Source: Pirellula sp.
Lineage (GTDB): Bacteria > Planctomycetota > Planctomycetia > Pirellulales > Pirellulaceae
Assembly: GCA_040373655.1 (NCBI GenBank)
Contig: JBEICB010000002.1
Coordinates: 3,534 to 67,533, forward strand
Length of the DNA stretch: 64,000 nucleotides
Direction: 5' to 3'
The notes under the pieces were generated by a model. That model ran no database searches, was not told the DNA's origin, and saw nothing but the letters and a program-made list of their open reading frames with translations. A program made the translations under genes and the position numbers. Numbering within the stretch: the stretch's first letter is position 1; each line of letters starts with the position of its first letter. This document shows, one piece after another, positions 36,570 to 46,336 of the stretch.

Positions 36570-38246
36570 CTAATTGCCGCCGCTGCCACCGAATCCATCT
36601 TCGACTGAATCTTTGCCACTTGGGTCGTCGGTTGGGGGCTTATTGGTGCCGTCGTCTCCGATGATTGCGGCGATTGCTTGTTTGAGATCAAAGATAGGGC
36701 GTCGTGTACTGGTTTTTACCACATCGAGGCTGGTCAAGGTGTCCTTGTTCAGTTCGTCTTGGAGAGATTCGATTTTCGAGACGACTTCCTGGAGTTTCGT
36801 TTTTGTCGCTTCGTCAGCCAAGGCCACAAGGCCTTTGACCTTTGCGGGATCGGAAGCACCTTTTTTGCCGGATCCGGTCAGACCATAGTGAATCCGCTCG
36901 AGCCGTTGCTGAAGGATTCTCCGGGCGTTTCGTACTTCTTTGGGTTGGTCTTCATAAACGTTGGCTCTCCTGGGCGTTCCACCTGCCGCGCCGAAGCCTG
37001 GAGGGCCACCTGGGCCACCTAAACCGGGAGGTCCACCGGGGGCTCCACCCCCATCTTCGCTTCCTAGTCCGGGGCCACCGGAGAGACCGAGTCCACCGCC
37101 ACCTGGGCCACCTGCACCTGGTGGGCCGCCGGCTCCTGGACCACCCATTCCCATATATCCTCCACCTGAGGCTGCCGTGGTTTTATCGCACCGTGCAACC
37201 CAACCATCTAGACTGGTCTTGATGTATTCAAGAGTGCCATTTTGAATCGTTTGTAGATCTTCTGGTTTGACGTTTGGATGATCGACTTGACCGAAGCTCC
37301 AGAGGGCCTTTTCGATGAGCCATTCGGAGTTCTTTTTTGGCTCTTTGAGGGTAGGAAGTGTGATCGCCATAAGCATCGGTTCCGCTTGCTTGGCAGCCTC
37401 ACCTTTGCTTTGAGCGATGGCTGTCAAGTTTTCGATCATCAGTTCTTTGATGTATTCGTCTTCTTTCTTAGATCGGTTGGTGGGCTTTGGCTTGTTCAAG
37501 TGTGCTTGAAGGTGCCCAAGGAACTGGCCCTGTGCACGATCGAGGCCGGCTGCATCGAGTCCTGGGTTAGACCAATGCCGGTTCAGATAAGAGAGTGCCG
37601 CAGCGACAATTCCATCGCTTTCGTTCTCTTTCGGATCGAGGAGATCGAGAAGTAGTTTTGTGGCAACGGGCTCGCCGAGACCTGGACCTGTGTTCGAAGC
37701 TGGTTGGCGATTGATACGACCCGCGACAACAACACCGAGTACCCTTGTACTTGGGTGATAGGATTTACCTTCGGCGTCTTTTGAGAGGATCTCTTTGATT
37801 TGACGTAAAAGCATCTTGTTGAACTCGGCGAGCATTTCTGGATTTTGTTTTGCGCGTCGTTCGATCAGTTCGATATCGTTGAAAATTTCCAAGCGAGCTT
37901 TGTTCATCTGCTCCGCATTGGGTTGGGAGAGGCGTGCGAAAAGGAAATCTTTGTAATAGGATTCAATCGCCGCGATATCAAAGGTTTCTGGTTTGAGGCG
38001 TTCGTTCTTTTCTTTGGTCTTCGCATCGTTCCAGACGGCCGCATCAATCGACTTGGTTCGATACGTTGTCGCTGCGGCTTCTTGGCCGAAAGCAATCTCG
38101 GGGAGATTTATGAGGGCAGAGGAAAACGCAAGGCTCGGAATAAGCAGGGCTTTGGCAATCGCGAGCTGGAATCTTCGGCGGGCTTGGGCACGCTTCTCGG
38201 GGACTTGGGTGGAAGTTGTCATGATGGTTCGTTGCGTTTTGCTCAT
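36570..38246 (-). CDS. Hypothetical secreted protein with a ~65-aa Gly/Pro low-complexity block
   Basis: Long ORF, co-directional and 84 nt upstream of the kinase gene. Signal-like 'RRRFQLAIAKALLIPSLAFSSAL'. GP-rich stretch at 36972-37169. The start is uncertain (38339, 38246 or 38222). Confidence 0.6.
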   Translation of the reverse strand: MSKTQRTIMTTSTQVPEKRAQARRRFQLAIAKALLIPSLAFSSALINLPEIAFGQEAAATTYRTKSIDAAVWNDAKTKEKNERLKPETFDIAAIESYYKDFLFARLSQPNAEQMNKARLEIFNDIELIERRAKQNPEMLAEFNKMLLRQIKEILSKDAEGKSYHPSTRVLGVVVAGRINRQPASNTGPGLGEPVATKLLLDLLDPKENESDGIVAAALSYLNRHWSNPGLDAAGLDRAQGQFLGHLQAHLNKPKPTNRSKKEDEYIKELMIENLTAIAQSKGEAAKQAEPMLMAITLPTLKEPKKNSEWLIEKALWSFGQVDHPNVKPEDLQTIQNGTLEYIKTSLDGWVARCDKTTAASGGGYMGMGGPGAGGPPGAGGPGGGGLGLSGGPGLGSEDGGGAPGGPPGLGGPGGPPGFGAAGGTPRRANVYEDQPKEVRNARRILQQRLERIHYGLTGSGKKGASDPAKVKGLVALADEATKTKLQEVVSKIESLQDELNKDTLTSLDVVKTSTRRPIFDLKQAIAAIIGDDGTNKPPTDDPSGKDSVEDGFGGSGGN

Positions 38247-38458
38247 GCTTCGATGCCTATTCGCGAAAAGCAATGGGAGGCGAAAAGTGGCCTGTTTATT
38301 CAGCAGGCTCAAGGGGGTCGCAACCCCTCTAAATTCCATTATTCCATTTAGATTACCACAGAGAATGTGTGGTTGTTAGGGATTTCCAGGAACAAATGGG
38401 TTTGTTGGGAACGGAAAAAAGTGCAAAACCGATTCTCGGGGCCCATATCCCTGGATTT

Positions 38459-40726
38459 TCAGCGAACGCGACGGGAGGGGCGGTAACCAACACCTGGTTT
38501 TTTTCCCTCTTCGAGGGGAGTTCGTTGTTTTTTGCGGGGGCCTTTGCGTTTTCCTTCTCCAGGTTGACCCTTTGGATTATTGGAAGTTTTGGGTGGGGCG
38601 GACGATGGGTTCGCGGGCTGCGGTGCGGCTGGGTTGGGAATCGTGTGAACGTATTCTCCGCGAAATCTCGCGTTTGCATCGTCGCGCCGTTTCTCGATGG
38701 CCTCTTTCGGCGGACGGCTAGGGATCAAACAATCGCAACCTTCACCGATTAGCTCACTCCGCCCAGCTTCTCGCAAAGCATCGCGAACTTCGAAATAGTT
38801 TTCTGGTTTGAAGAACTGCATGAGGGCTCGTTGGGATTTGCGGTCCTTTAGGGCCTTGGCAATGTAGACTTCTTTTAGGGAGAACGGATCTAGTCCGGTG
38901 TAGTACATGCTTGTGGCGACGTCCAGAGGCGCGGGTATGAAGTCTTGGACTTGGTCCGGCTTGTACCCGTTGCGTTTAAGGAACAGGGCTAACTCGATCA
39001 TCGAGTGGATAGAGCTACCTGGATGTGATGCGATAAAGTATGGGATGATGTACTGTTTCTTTCCCGCATCGGCAGTGGCTTGTTTGAACTGTTCGGTGAA
39101 GAATTCAAAGTCGTCGTTAGCGGGCTTGCGCATCTTGTAGAGCACGTCAGGGTCAACGTGTTCCGGAGCAACTTTTAAGTGTCCACCGACGTGGTGTTCG
39201 GTCAGTTCGCGGATGTACTCTGGGGAATGGCGAGCCAAGTCCATACGGATGCCACTTGCCACAAGCACCTTTTTGATTCCGGGTACTTGTCGGGCTTCCC
39301 GCATCAGTTCAATAACGGGAGTGTGATCGACCCCTAGTAGTTTGCATACTTTGGGGTGGACGCAAGATTGCCTTCTGCATTTGGCCTCTACATCGGGCTT
39401 CGTGCATCGCATGTGATACATGTTGGCGGTTGGTCCACCGATGTCGCTAACGATACCCTTGAAATCTTTTTCTTCGGTCATCTGACGAATCTCGTTCAAT
39501 ACCGATTCTTTCGACCGGGATTGAATGATACGTCCTTGGTGTGCCGTAATCGAGCAGAACGTGCATCCGCCGAAGCAGCCTCGCATGATCGTCACAGAGT
39601 TCTTGATCATGTTAAATGCGGGGATTGGCTCGGTATAGCTTGGGTGTGGTTTACGGGTGTAGGGCAACCCGTAGATGCGGTCCATGGCTTCTTGGCTGAT
39701 TGGTAGTGCAGGTGGATTGCAAACGATGGCTTGGTTTCCGTGTCGCTGTACTAGTTTGCGAGCGTTTAGTGGATTGGTTTCGTGGTGGATCATTCTCGTG
39801 GCGATTGAGAATGCGATCTTATCGGTGGAAACCGCTTCGTAGGTGGGCAATTCGAGTGCATCGTCGGGGATCGATTCCGATGCACCGAGCGCGTAGGCGA
39901 CACCTCGCATATTTCGTAGATCTTTAACACTCTCACCTGCCTCGAGTCTTCGGGCAATTTCGACGATGGAGTTTTCACCCATACCGAAACCGACCAAGTC
40001 CGCTTTGCTGTCGAGCAGAATACTGCGTCGGACTTTATCGCTCCAGTAGTCGTAGTGGGCTAAGCGTCTCAAGGATGCTTCAACGCCACCGGCGATGACG
40101 GGAACCCCTTTGTAGGCTTGTTTTGCCCGTTGGCAATATGCAAGGGTAGCTCGGTCAGGTCGAAGTCCAATTCGTCCGCCTGGGGAGTACGCGTCGTCGT
40201 TTCGTACTTTTTTGTTCGCGGTGTAATGGTTGATCATGCTGTCCATATTCCCAGCGCTGATCGCGAAGAACAGGCGTGGGCGTCCGAATGTTTGCCAAGC
40301 GTCGCAGGATTGCCAATCTGGTTGGCTGACGATTCCTACCCTGTAGCCGGCGGCTTCGAGGACTCGCCCGAGGATTGACATTGCGAAGCTCGGGTGATCG
40401 ATGTAGGCATCTCCGGTGACGAAGACTACGTCGATCTCGTTCCATCCCCTGGCTTTGGCCTCCTCCATGCTCATCGGCAGAGGGCGTTTTGCCAGGGGGC
40501 CGTGCGGTTGCCGGTCCCCGTCGCGTTTTGAGGTCGGATCCCCCAGGCTATCGAGGTATCTGGAGACGATATTTCCCGCTGGGCTTGTGGCGCATTGGGA
40601 GGATTCAGAATCCGATGAATTGGGTTGCGGACTGAGGATTGGAAGTGGGTCAAGCATAGAATTCGTTTGGACGCTTAGGGATGGAATCCTACGTGAAGTG
40701 GACGGCGACTTCTCAGAGGGAGCCAC
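38459..40726 (-). CDS. YgiQ-family radical SAM protein with basic C-terminal tail
   Basis: 'VVFVTGDAYIDHPSF', radical-SAM cluster 'RGCFGGCTFCS', 'YFIASHPG'. GTG at 40726; in-frame ATGs at 40657 and 40474 are alternative starts. Confidence 0.88.
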   Translation of the reverse strand: MAPSEKSPSTSRRIPSLSVQTNSMLDPLPILSPQPNSSDSESSQCATSPAGNIVSRYLDSLGDPTSKRDGDRQPHGPLAKRPLPMSMEEAKARGWNEIDVVFVTGDAYIDHPSFAMSILGRVLEAAGYRVGIVSQPDWQSCDAWQTFGRPRLFFAISAGNMDSMINHYTANKKVRNDDAYSPGGRIGLRPDRATLAYCQRAKQAYKGVPVIAGGVEASLRRLAHYDYWSDKVRRSILLDSKADLVGFGMGENSIVEIARRLEAGESVKDLRNMRGVAYALGASESIPDDALELPTYEAVSTDKIAFSIATRMIHHETNPLNARKLVQRHGNQAIVCNPPALPISQEAMDRIYGLPYTRKPHPSYTEPIPAFNMIKNSVTIMRGCFGGCTFCSITAHQGRIIQSRSKESVLNEIRQMTEEKDFKGIVSDIGGPTANMYHMRCTKPDVEAKCRRQSCVHPKVCKLLGVDHTPVIELMREARQVPGIKKVLVASGIRMDLARHSPEYIRELTEHHVGGHLKVAPEHVDPDVLYKMRKPANDDFEFFTEQFKQATADAGKKQYIIPYFIASHPGSSIHSMIELALFLKRNGYKPDQVQDFIPAPLDVATSMYYTGLDPFSLKEVYIAKALKDRKSQRALMQFFKPENYFEVRDALREAGRSELIGEGCDCLIPSRPPKEAIEKRRDDANARFRGEYVHTIPNPAAPQPANPSSAPPKTSNNPKGQPGEGKRKGPRKKQRTPLEEGKKPGVGYRPSRRVR

Positions 40727-40817
40727 TGATTACCGTGGCGGCGGATTTGAGTGTGGTTCGTCGGTCTATCGGTATTGTAGATTCTCGGCAAAAAACGTCA
40801 TCGTCTAATTCCGATGC

Positions 40818-41615
40818 CTAGAACGATTCCTTTTCATTTGGAAACTTGCCGTTTTGAACATCTTTGCAAAAAGACTCAACGGCTACGGAAGCCCGATCAC
40901 GCAGATCGGCGTAGTTTCGTACGAATTTCGGTACGTGACCGGTGTTCCAGCCAAGCAGATCGTTGGTCACGAGGACTTGTCCATCGCAATCGGGGCCTGC
41001 GCCGATACCAATCGTAGGGACTTGAAGGGTTTTAGTGACTTCACGGGCAAGTTCGGCTGGAACACATTCCATCAGTACGCAGAATGCCCCTGCGTTTTGA
41101 GCGGCCATTGCATCCTTCATTAAGCGTTCGGAGTCTCGCTGCACTCGATACCCGCCGAGAGCATGGACACTTTGGGGCCGCAGTCCAATGTGGGCGATTG
41201 TGGGGATTCCAGCATCAACCAGCGCGGCTATCGAGTCGGCTTGCTGATGCCCACCTTCCATTTTGACGGCTTGGCACTGTGTTTGTTTTAGGATGCGTGC
41301 TGCGGCTTTCACTGTATGAGTGACGTTGATTTGTCCAACGGGAAAGGGAAGATCGACGATGACAAGCGAGCGTTTTGAGGCTCTCGCGACGATTTCGCCG
41401 TGGTAGATCATTTGTTCCAAGGTTACCGGTATGGTCGTCGTGTGACCTTGGACGACCATGCCGAGGGAATCGCCGACGAGTAAGCAATGGACACCGGCAG
41501 CGTCGAGCATGGCAGCTGTGGGGTAGTCATACGCGGTGAGCATGGTGATTTTTTCCCCACGCTGTTTCATGCTCATTAAGCTACGTACCGTGATGCGAGC
41601 GATTTGCTCTGACAT
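40818..41615 (-). CDS. panB: 3-methyl-2-oxobutanoate hydroxymethyltransferase
   Basis: 'KITMLTAYDYPTA', 'LLVGDSLGMVVQGH', 'AVKMEGG', 'HIGLRPQS'. The start was trimmed to the ATG at 41615 because the longer ORF overlaps the upstream gene. Confidence 0.95.
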   Translation of the reverse strand: MSEQIARITVRSLMSMKQRGEKITMLTAYDYPTAAMLDAAGVHCLLVGDSLGMVVQGHTTTIPVTLEQMIYHGEIVARASKRSLVIVDLPFPVGQINVTHTVKAAARILKQTQCQAVKMEGGHQQADSIAALVDAGIPTIAHIGLRPQSVHALGGYRVQRDSERLMKDAMAAQNAGAFCVLMECVPAELAREVTKTLQVPTIGIGAGPDCDGQVLVTNDLLGWNTGHVPKFVRNYADLRDRASVAVESFCKDVQNGKFPNEKESF

Positions 41616-41677
41616 GGGGGGGGACCGCAATACTTGATTCGAGGTGTTCAGTAGTAGTGTTTCGGTTGGGCCGTTGC

Positions 41678-42442
41678 CTAACGTTGCGAATTGTTGGCCT
41701 TTGTCTTTGACGTTACCTGATCCTTCGAGAGGATGCGTGGGTCGGAGGCTTTTTCCCTTGAGGATTGAAGAGAGGCGAGGACTTTTTCTCGGCGCGATGC
41801 GGGGAGGCTTTGCCATGCCATGCGATAATAGGTTTCGACGGAGGCCCAGTGACCTCTCCGTCGCGCTTGGGTCGCGAGGGATAGGTAGTACTTCGTTGCA
41901 TCTGAGTCAACTTCGTGCTGCTCGCTGCCGTAGCCAGTAACATTTGGTTCGCGACCTGTATGTCCGCTCAGCGCTGCGAGGTAATCGTACCCTGGTGGCG
42001 AATAGGATTTCGCTCTAGGTGGGACGCGGGAGAAGCCTCGGGGATCGGACTGTTGCAGTTTGGGATCTGTGGCTTTGCTCGAAGCTTGCGAGCGAATCAT
42101 TCGATCAAGTTCATCGAGATCGATCACTGTTGCGGAGATGTTTGCGGAAGTGTTTCCTACGGTTCCACCAATGCTTCGGGTGGCTACTGTATTAGTTCGG
42201 CTATAAGAACTGCTGCCCACACCACCTACCGCGCTGGTTCCACGATCGGGTACCGCGACACTGGTAGAAATGTTGAACGATCCCATTCCCGGCATTTGTA
42301 CGATTTGCCCGTTTGCGGGACTGGCAAGTAATACGATGGGCAAAGCTAGTAGTTTGGCTAACGCCAAAATGGAGTTTTGATCCAACCGTAGCAGTGTTGG
42401 GCGGGAAAGAGCAAGCTTAGGAAACGCTCGAGAGTTGGTCAT
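41678..42442 (-). CDS. Hypothetical secreted protein
   Basis: Signal-like 'LALAKLLALPIVLLASPANG'. Ser/Thr/Gly-rich N-half and a basic C-terminus. No recognisable domain. Confidence 0.5.
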   Translation of the reverse strand: MTNSRAFPKLALSRPTLLRLDQNSILALAKLLALPIVLLASPANGQIVQMPGMGSFNISTSVAVPDRGTSAVGGVGSSSYSRTNTVATRSIGGTVGNTSANISATVIDLDELDRMIRSQASSKATDPKLQQSDPRGFSRVPPRAKSYSPPGYDYLAALSGHTGREPNVTGYGSEQHEVDSDATKYYLSLATQARRRGHWASVETYYRMAWQSLPASRREKVLASLQSSREKASDPRILSKDQVTSKTKANNSQR

Positions 42443-42703
42443 GGGATTGCGTCGGTATTTCTTAGGAAGGATTCCGGGGGGATTGTGCGCTGCAGAGATA
42501 GGTTTGTCGGTCAGTAAACCCTTGGATGTGGGTAGCTTTTTCGGAAACTGGATCGATCATGCTGGTTGTTCCGGTGATATTTTTCCGGGACTGATTTTGG
42601 GTCATCGATTTTACGACGCTGGCATCGAGGGTAACCAGCGGATATTCTAAGCGATCATTCTAATCGATGATCCAATCCTTTCCTCTATGGAGTTTACGAG
42701 ATT

Positions 42704-44176
42704 ATGGCGATTGCAGAGTCGACGGTAGCCCCTCCAAAAATTCATCACACCGAGTGTTTTATTGATGGTAAGTGGCGTCCAGCCGCATCGGGGAAAACAT
42801 TTGAAACGGTCAATCCCGCGACGGAAGAGGTCATCTGTGAGGTGGCGGAAGGGGACAAGGAAGACATTGATGCGGCGGTGAGCGCTGCGAGGAAAGCATT
42901 CGATGACGGGCCATGGTCCCGAATGGATGCACGCGATCGCGGGCGTCTGATGTATCGGCTTGCGGATTTGATCGAAGAAGAGATTGACGAGCTTGCTGCA
43001 CTAGAGAGCCTTGATAACGGCAAGCCCATTCGAGAGGCGCGGCACGGGGATTTGCCGCTGGTTCTCGATTGTTTGAGGTATTACGCGGGGTATGCAGATA
43101 AGATCCATGGTTCGACCATTCCGATTCGCGGTAACTACTTCACGTATACACGTCGCGAAGCTGTGGGGGTTGCAGGGCAGATTATCCCTTGGAATTTCCC
43201 GATGTTGATGGTCGCTTGGAAGTGGGGGCCGGCATTGGCAGCCGGATGCACCATTGTGATGAAGCCCGCTGAGCAAACTCCGCTGAGTTGTTTGCGTTTG
43301 GCTCAATTGGCTAAGGAGGCTGGAATTCCTGACGGGGTTATCAACGTGGTACCGGGATTCGGCCCGACCGCTGGTGCTTCGCTGGTGCGGCATCCAGGGG
43401 TGGATAAGATCGCTTTTACCGGTGAGCATCGCACCGCGCAGGTAATCATGCGAGATGCGTCAGAGACTCTCAAGCGGCTGACGTTTGAGCTCGGAGGTAA
43501 GAGTCCTAACGTTGTGATGGCGGATGCTGATTTGGACCGTGCCGCACAAGGAGCTTACATCGGATTGTTCTTAAACCAAGGACAATGTTGTTGTGCAGGT
43601 AGCCGTGTGTTTGTCGACAAGCGAGTGCATGGTGAGTTTGTAGAGAAGGTTCAGAAGTTGGCCAAGGCACGTCGTGTCGGCAATCCACTTTCGACTACGA
43701 CCGAGCAAGGTCCCCAAGTCGACCAAGCTCAGTTCGACAAGATCATGAGTTACATTGACAAGGGGAATGCAGAGGGAGCGAAGTGCATTGCAGGTGGTGG
43801 ACGATTTGGTGACAAGGGCTACTTTGTCCAGCCGACCGTATTTGACGGCGTGACCGATTCGATGTCGATTGCTAAAGACGAGATTTTTGGCCCTGTGATG
43901 TCTATCTTGACCTTTGATGATTGGGAAGACTTGATTCGCCGTTCAAACCATACGTTCTATGGGTTGGCCGCTGCTATTTGGACGAAGAACGTTGGCAAGG
44001 CGCACGAGTTTGCGAAACGAGTTCGAGCCGGCACTGTTTGGGTGAATTGTTATGACGTGTTCGACGCTGCTGCACCTTTCGGCGGTTTCAAGATGAGTGG
44101 TCAAGGCCGAGAGCTCGGAGAAGAAGGGCTCAAGGCATACACCGAGTCGAAGACGGTTACCGTCAGCCTCGATTAA
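42704..44176 (+). CDS. NAD(P)-dependent aldehyde dehydrogenase
   Basis: 'PWNFP', 'FTGEHRT', 'ELGGKSP', catalytic-Cys region '[11 protein letters not shown]', 'EEIFGPV'-like 'DEIFGPV'. Confidence 0.93.
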   Translation: MAIAESTVAPPKIHHTECFIDGKWRPAASGKTFETVNPATEEVICEVAEGDKEDIDAAVSAARKAFDDGPWSRMDARDRGRLMYRLADLIEEEIDELAALESLDNGKPIREARHGDLPLVLDCLRYYAGYADKIHGSTIPIRGNYFTYTRREAVGVAGQIIPWNFPMLMVAWKWGPALAAGCTIVMKPAEQTPLSCLRLAQLAKEAGIPDGVINVVPGFGPTAGASLVRHPGVDKIAFTGEHRTAQVIMRDASETLKRLTFELGGKSPNVVMADADLDRAAQGAYIGLFLNQGQCCCAGSRVFVDKRVHGEFVEKVQKLAKARRVGNPLSTTTEQGPQVDQAQFDKIMSYIDKGNAEGAKCIAGGGRFGDKGYFVQPTVFDGVTDSMSIAKDEIFGPVMSILTFDDWEDLIRRSNHTFYGLAAAIWTKNVGKAHEFAKRVRAGTVWVNCYDVFDAAAPFGGFKMSGQGRELGEEGLKAYTESKTVTVSLD

Positions 44177-44180
44177 TCGC

Positions 44181-46247
44181 ATGTCTATTTCAGTTCTAAC
44201 TAGAGACCATGGACGCGGCGTTAGCCCCTTACCATGGTCTCTTTTTTTCTTGTCAGTCGCGGTGTTTTGCTGCGTCTGTGCCACAAGCTTTGGGCAAAGC
44301 ACAGCAGGTTTTCGACCGGTCTTCGGACCACTGGATCCAGGGCGGTTGTCCGAAGATCAGTGGGAAAAGTTGGTACGCGGGACAATTGAAGCAATCGGTG
44401 AGAGTTCGACTTCGTCAGAAAATGGGGAGGGTGTAGATCAAGTTGGGAATTCGGCAGGAGGTGACCAAGTCGATTGGCGGGAGGGCAAAGTCAGAGAAGT
44501 TATGCAGCAAACCACCGAGGAGCGATTGCGTGCTTTTCGACGGTTGATCGATGAATTGCTTAGTCGGGAAGAATATGTGCGTTGGTATGCGGAAGGTTGG
44601 ATGCAAGCGGTATGTTCTGAGGATGCGCGAGCACGTTGTGAGGTAGCGGGTTGGGATGATAGGGTTTATCGAAAGTGGTTGATGGATTCGATTCGCAACA
44701 ATGATCCTTTCGATTCGTTCTTGCGTTGGCATTTCATAGGCGATGATCGGTTGCGATCGGATCGCATGATGGTTCCGACCGCTGCTTGGTATCTTGCGGG
44801 GCACTCTGGGGAGTATCAAGTCTTGGAGTCCCCTACCACAATTGAAGCTAATTTATTAAGGCCGTTTCGCGAATCTCTTGCTTCCATTGAGGAAGCGGAG
44901 GGGAGAGATTGGGATCGGTTGAAAACGGCGAAGGCCTTTGAGCAATGGTATCGCACCGTAGTGAAATTTCCGACGCCGCCACAGGAGGAACTTGTTGGGA
45001 AGTGGACCTTGGGTGATGAGTTTCCCATTAATTCGCAGAATACGATGTGTCAGATTGAGAAAACAAGCATCGCGCTCAAGGCTTTTCGAGAATGGTCCCT
45101 AGTTTTGGAGCTGTCCTTGGAGCCACAAGCGATCGGATCTATTGTCCCTGTGCTGATCTTTGAGCAGGTCAGTGGGAGTTCGAAAGTGGCGGAGCAGGGC
45201 GAACCGCTAGAAACAGTATCCATGCGAGTTTTGCGAATCTCGATGGTCGATGGACATGTACAGATTGGTCTGATTCATGATGCAGATTCAAGCTGCATCT
45301 TGGTGCGTACGACCGAAGTTTTGACGCCTGGTAGTCACCAAATCGTATTGGTGAATGAGGGCACGGGCGATAGAAATGGGATTCACCTTGTTGTGGATGG
45401 CAAGTTGCAAAGCTTGGAATCGATGTCAACTGAGTTGAGCGGTGTTGGCGGAAAAAATAGCGGTGGACGAAATGGAGGTCAAAGCGGAGGCAATAAGCGT
45501 CGAGAAGCGTTGTCCAAGGAGTTGTTGCTTGGGGATCGAGCGGTGTGGCGAGTTGCAGTCGGTGGCGAAAGCGGAATTAAAATCGAGCAGATTTCAACTT
45601 TTCGAGTTGCATTGAGTGTGCCCGAGAGTGTTGGGTTGACGGAGGCGGGGATCAAGCCTGATTGGGACGACCTCGATGAAGTTCAAAAGGAGGATTGGAG
45701 GACTCACTACGCGCGTCGGCACGATGCGCAGTGGCGTTATCAACGTGAGAGTCGACTTTATTATTTAGGGAGTATTCAATCGATCAGAGAGAGTGTTTCG
45801 ATGATACCAACGTTACAGGATGCACGAAAAGCGATCGCTTTGCGAAGTGGGTCAGAATTCCCTGGGCGTTGGTTGCCTTCGATGCAACGTAGAGCAGAAG
45901 TGGTACTGGATACATCTCGGATCGTTAGCGCGGAATCAATATTAATTGAGCTGGGGATGAACATAGAATCGCAGACATTGCAGCCTGAGGCGGTTGAGCG
46001 GATTGCTTTGGTGGAGATTGAGCGGATCTGGGAGGGCTTGCTGCGCCGAGTCGGGGAGAACGGCAATGGAGATGGTAATGCGTTGGTGCAAGAGTGGTTT
46101 ATGGAGAAGGGGCACCGAGCGGATACCGAATCATCGATACGCGACCGAGTAGCTATCCCGTTCGCCAAGAATTGGGATAGGCGGTTGATGTTGCAGTCTA
46201 TTCTAGTCAGTGAAGCGTGGGTTAGGGTGTTGCTCGGTGATGATTAG
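44181..46247 (+). CDS. Hypothetical secreted protein (DUF1549-like N-region plus LamG/concanavalin-like middle region)
   Basis: Signal-like 'LPWSLFFLSVAVFCCVCATSFG'. 'RRLIDELLSREEYVRWYAEGW' resembles DUF1549. 'GSHQIVLVNEGTGDRNGIHLVVDGK' is LamG-like. The start was trimmed to the ATG at 44181 to remove overlap with the ALDH gene. Confidence 0.55.
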   Translation: MSISVLTRDHGRGVSPLPWSLFFLSVAVFCCVCATSFGQSTAGFRPVFGPLDPGRLSEDQWEKLVRGTIEAIGESSTSSENGEGVDQVGNSAGGDQVDWREGKVREVMQQTTEERLRAFRRLIDELLSREEYVRWYAEGWMQAVCSEDARARCEVAGWDDRVYRKWLMDSIRNNDPFDSFLRWHFIGDDRLRSDRMMVPTAAWYLAGHSGEYQVLESPTTIEANLLRPFRESLASIEEAEGRDWDRLKTAKAFEQWYRTVVKFPTPPQEELVGKWTLGDEFPINSQNTMCQIEKTSIALKAFREWSLVLELSLEPQAIGSIVPVLIFEQVSGSSKVAEQGEPLETVSMRVLRISMVDGHVQIGLIHDADSSCILVRTTEVLTPGSHQIVLVNEGTGDRNGIHLVVDGKLQSLESMSTELSGVGGKNSGGRNGGQSGGNKRREALSKELLLGDRAVWRVAVGGESGIKIEQISTFRVALSVPESVGLTEAGIKPDWDDLDEVQKEDWRTHYARRHDAQWRYQRESRLYYLGSIQSIRESVSMIPTLQDARKAIALRSGSEFPGRWLPSMQRRAEVVLDTSRIVSAESILIELGMNIESQTLQPEAVERIALVEIERIWEGLLRRVGENGNGDGNALVQEWFMEKGHRADTESSIRDRVAIPFAKNWDRRLMLQSILVSEAWVRVLLGDD

Positions 46248-46260
46248 TCAGTAAGTCGTT

Positions 46261-46317
46261 GGTAACACTGCAACTGGGAAACACTGCGATCGGGAAACAC
46301 TGCGATCGGGCGATCGG
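46261..46317. repeat. Imperfect ~16-nt tandem repeat, about 3.5 copies (ggtaacactgcaact / gggaaacactgcgatc x2 / gggcgatcgg)
   Basis: Read directly. Lies between the convergent stops of the 44181-46247 gene and purH. Confidence 0.9.
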
Positions 46318-46336
46318 TTAGCTTGGCAGATGCGGT

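Noticed and set aside
36961-37245. 94-aa Pro-rich ORF on the plus strand
   Set aside because: It is the reverse-complement reading of the Gly/Pro low-complexity block of the 36570..38246 gene, so it is a compositional artefact.
41616-41816. Longer N-terminus of panB (ORF start at 41816)
   Set aside because: It overlaps the 3' end of the upstream 254-aa gene, and the extension is basic low-complexity sequence. Canonical PanB similarity starts near the ATG at 41615.
44097-44180. Upstream start of the 716-aa ORF overlapping the aldehyde dehydrogenase 3' end
   Set aside because: The signal-peptide-like N-terminus begins at the ATG at 44181, just after the ALDH stop.
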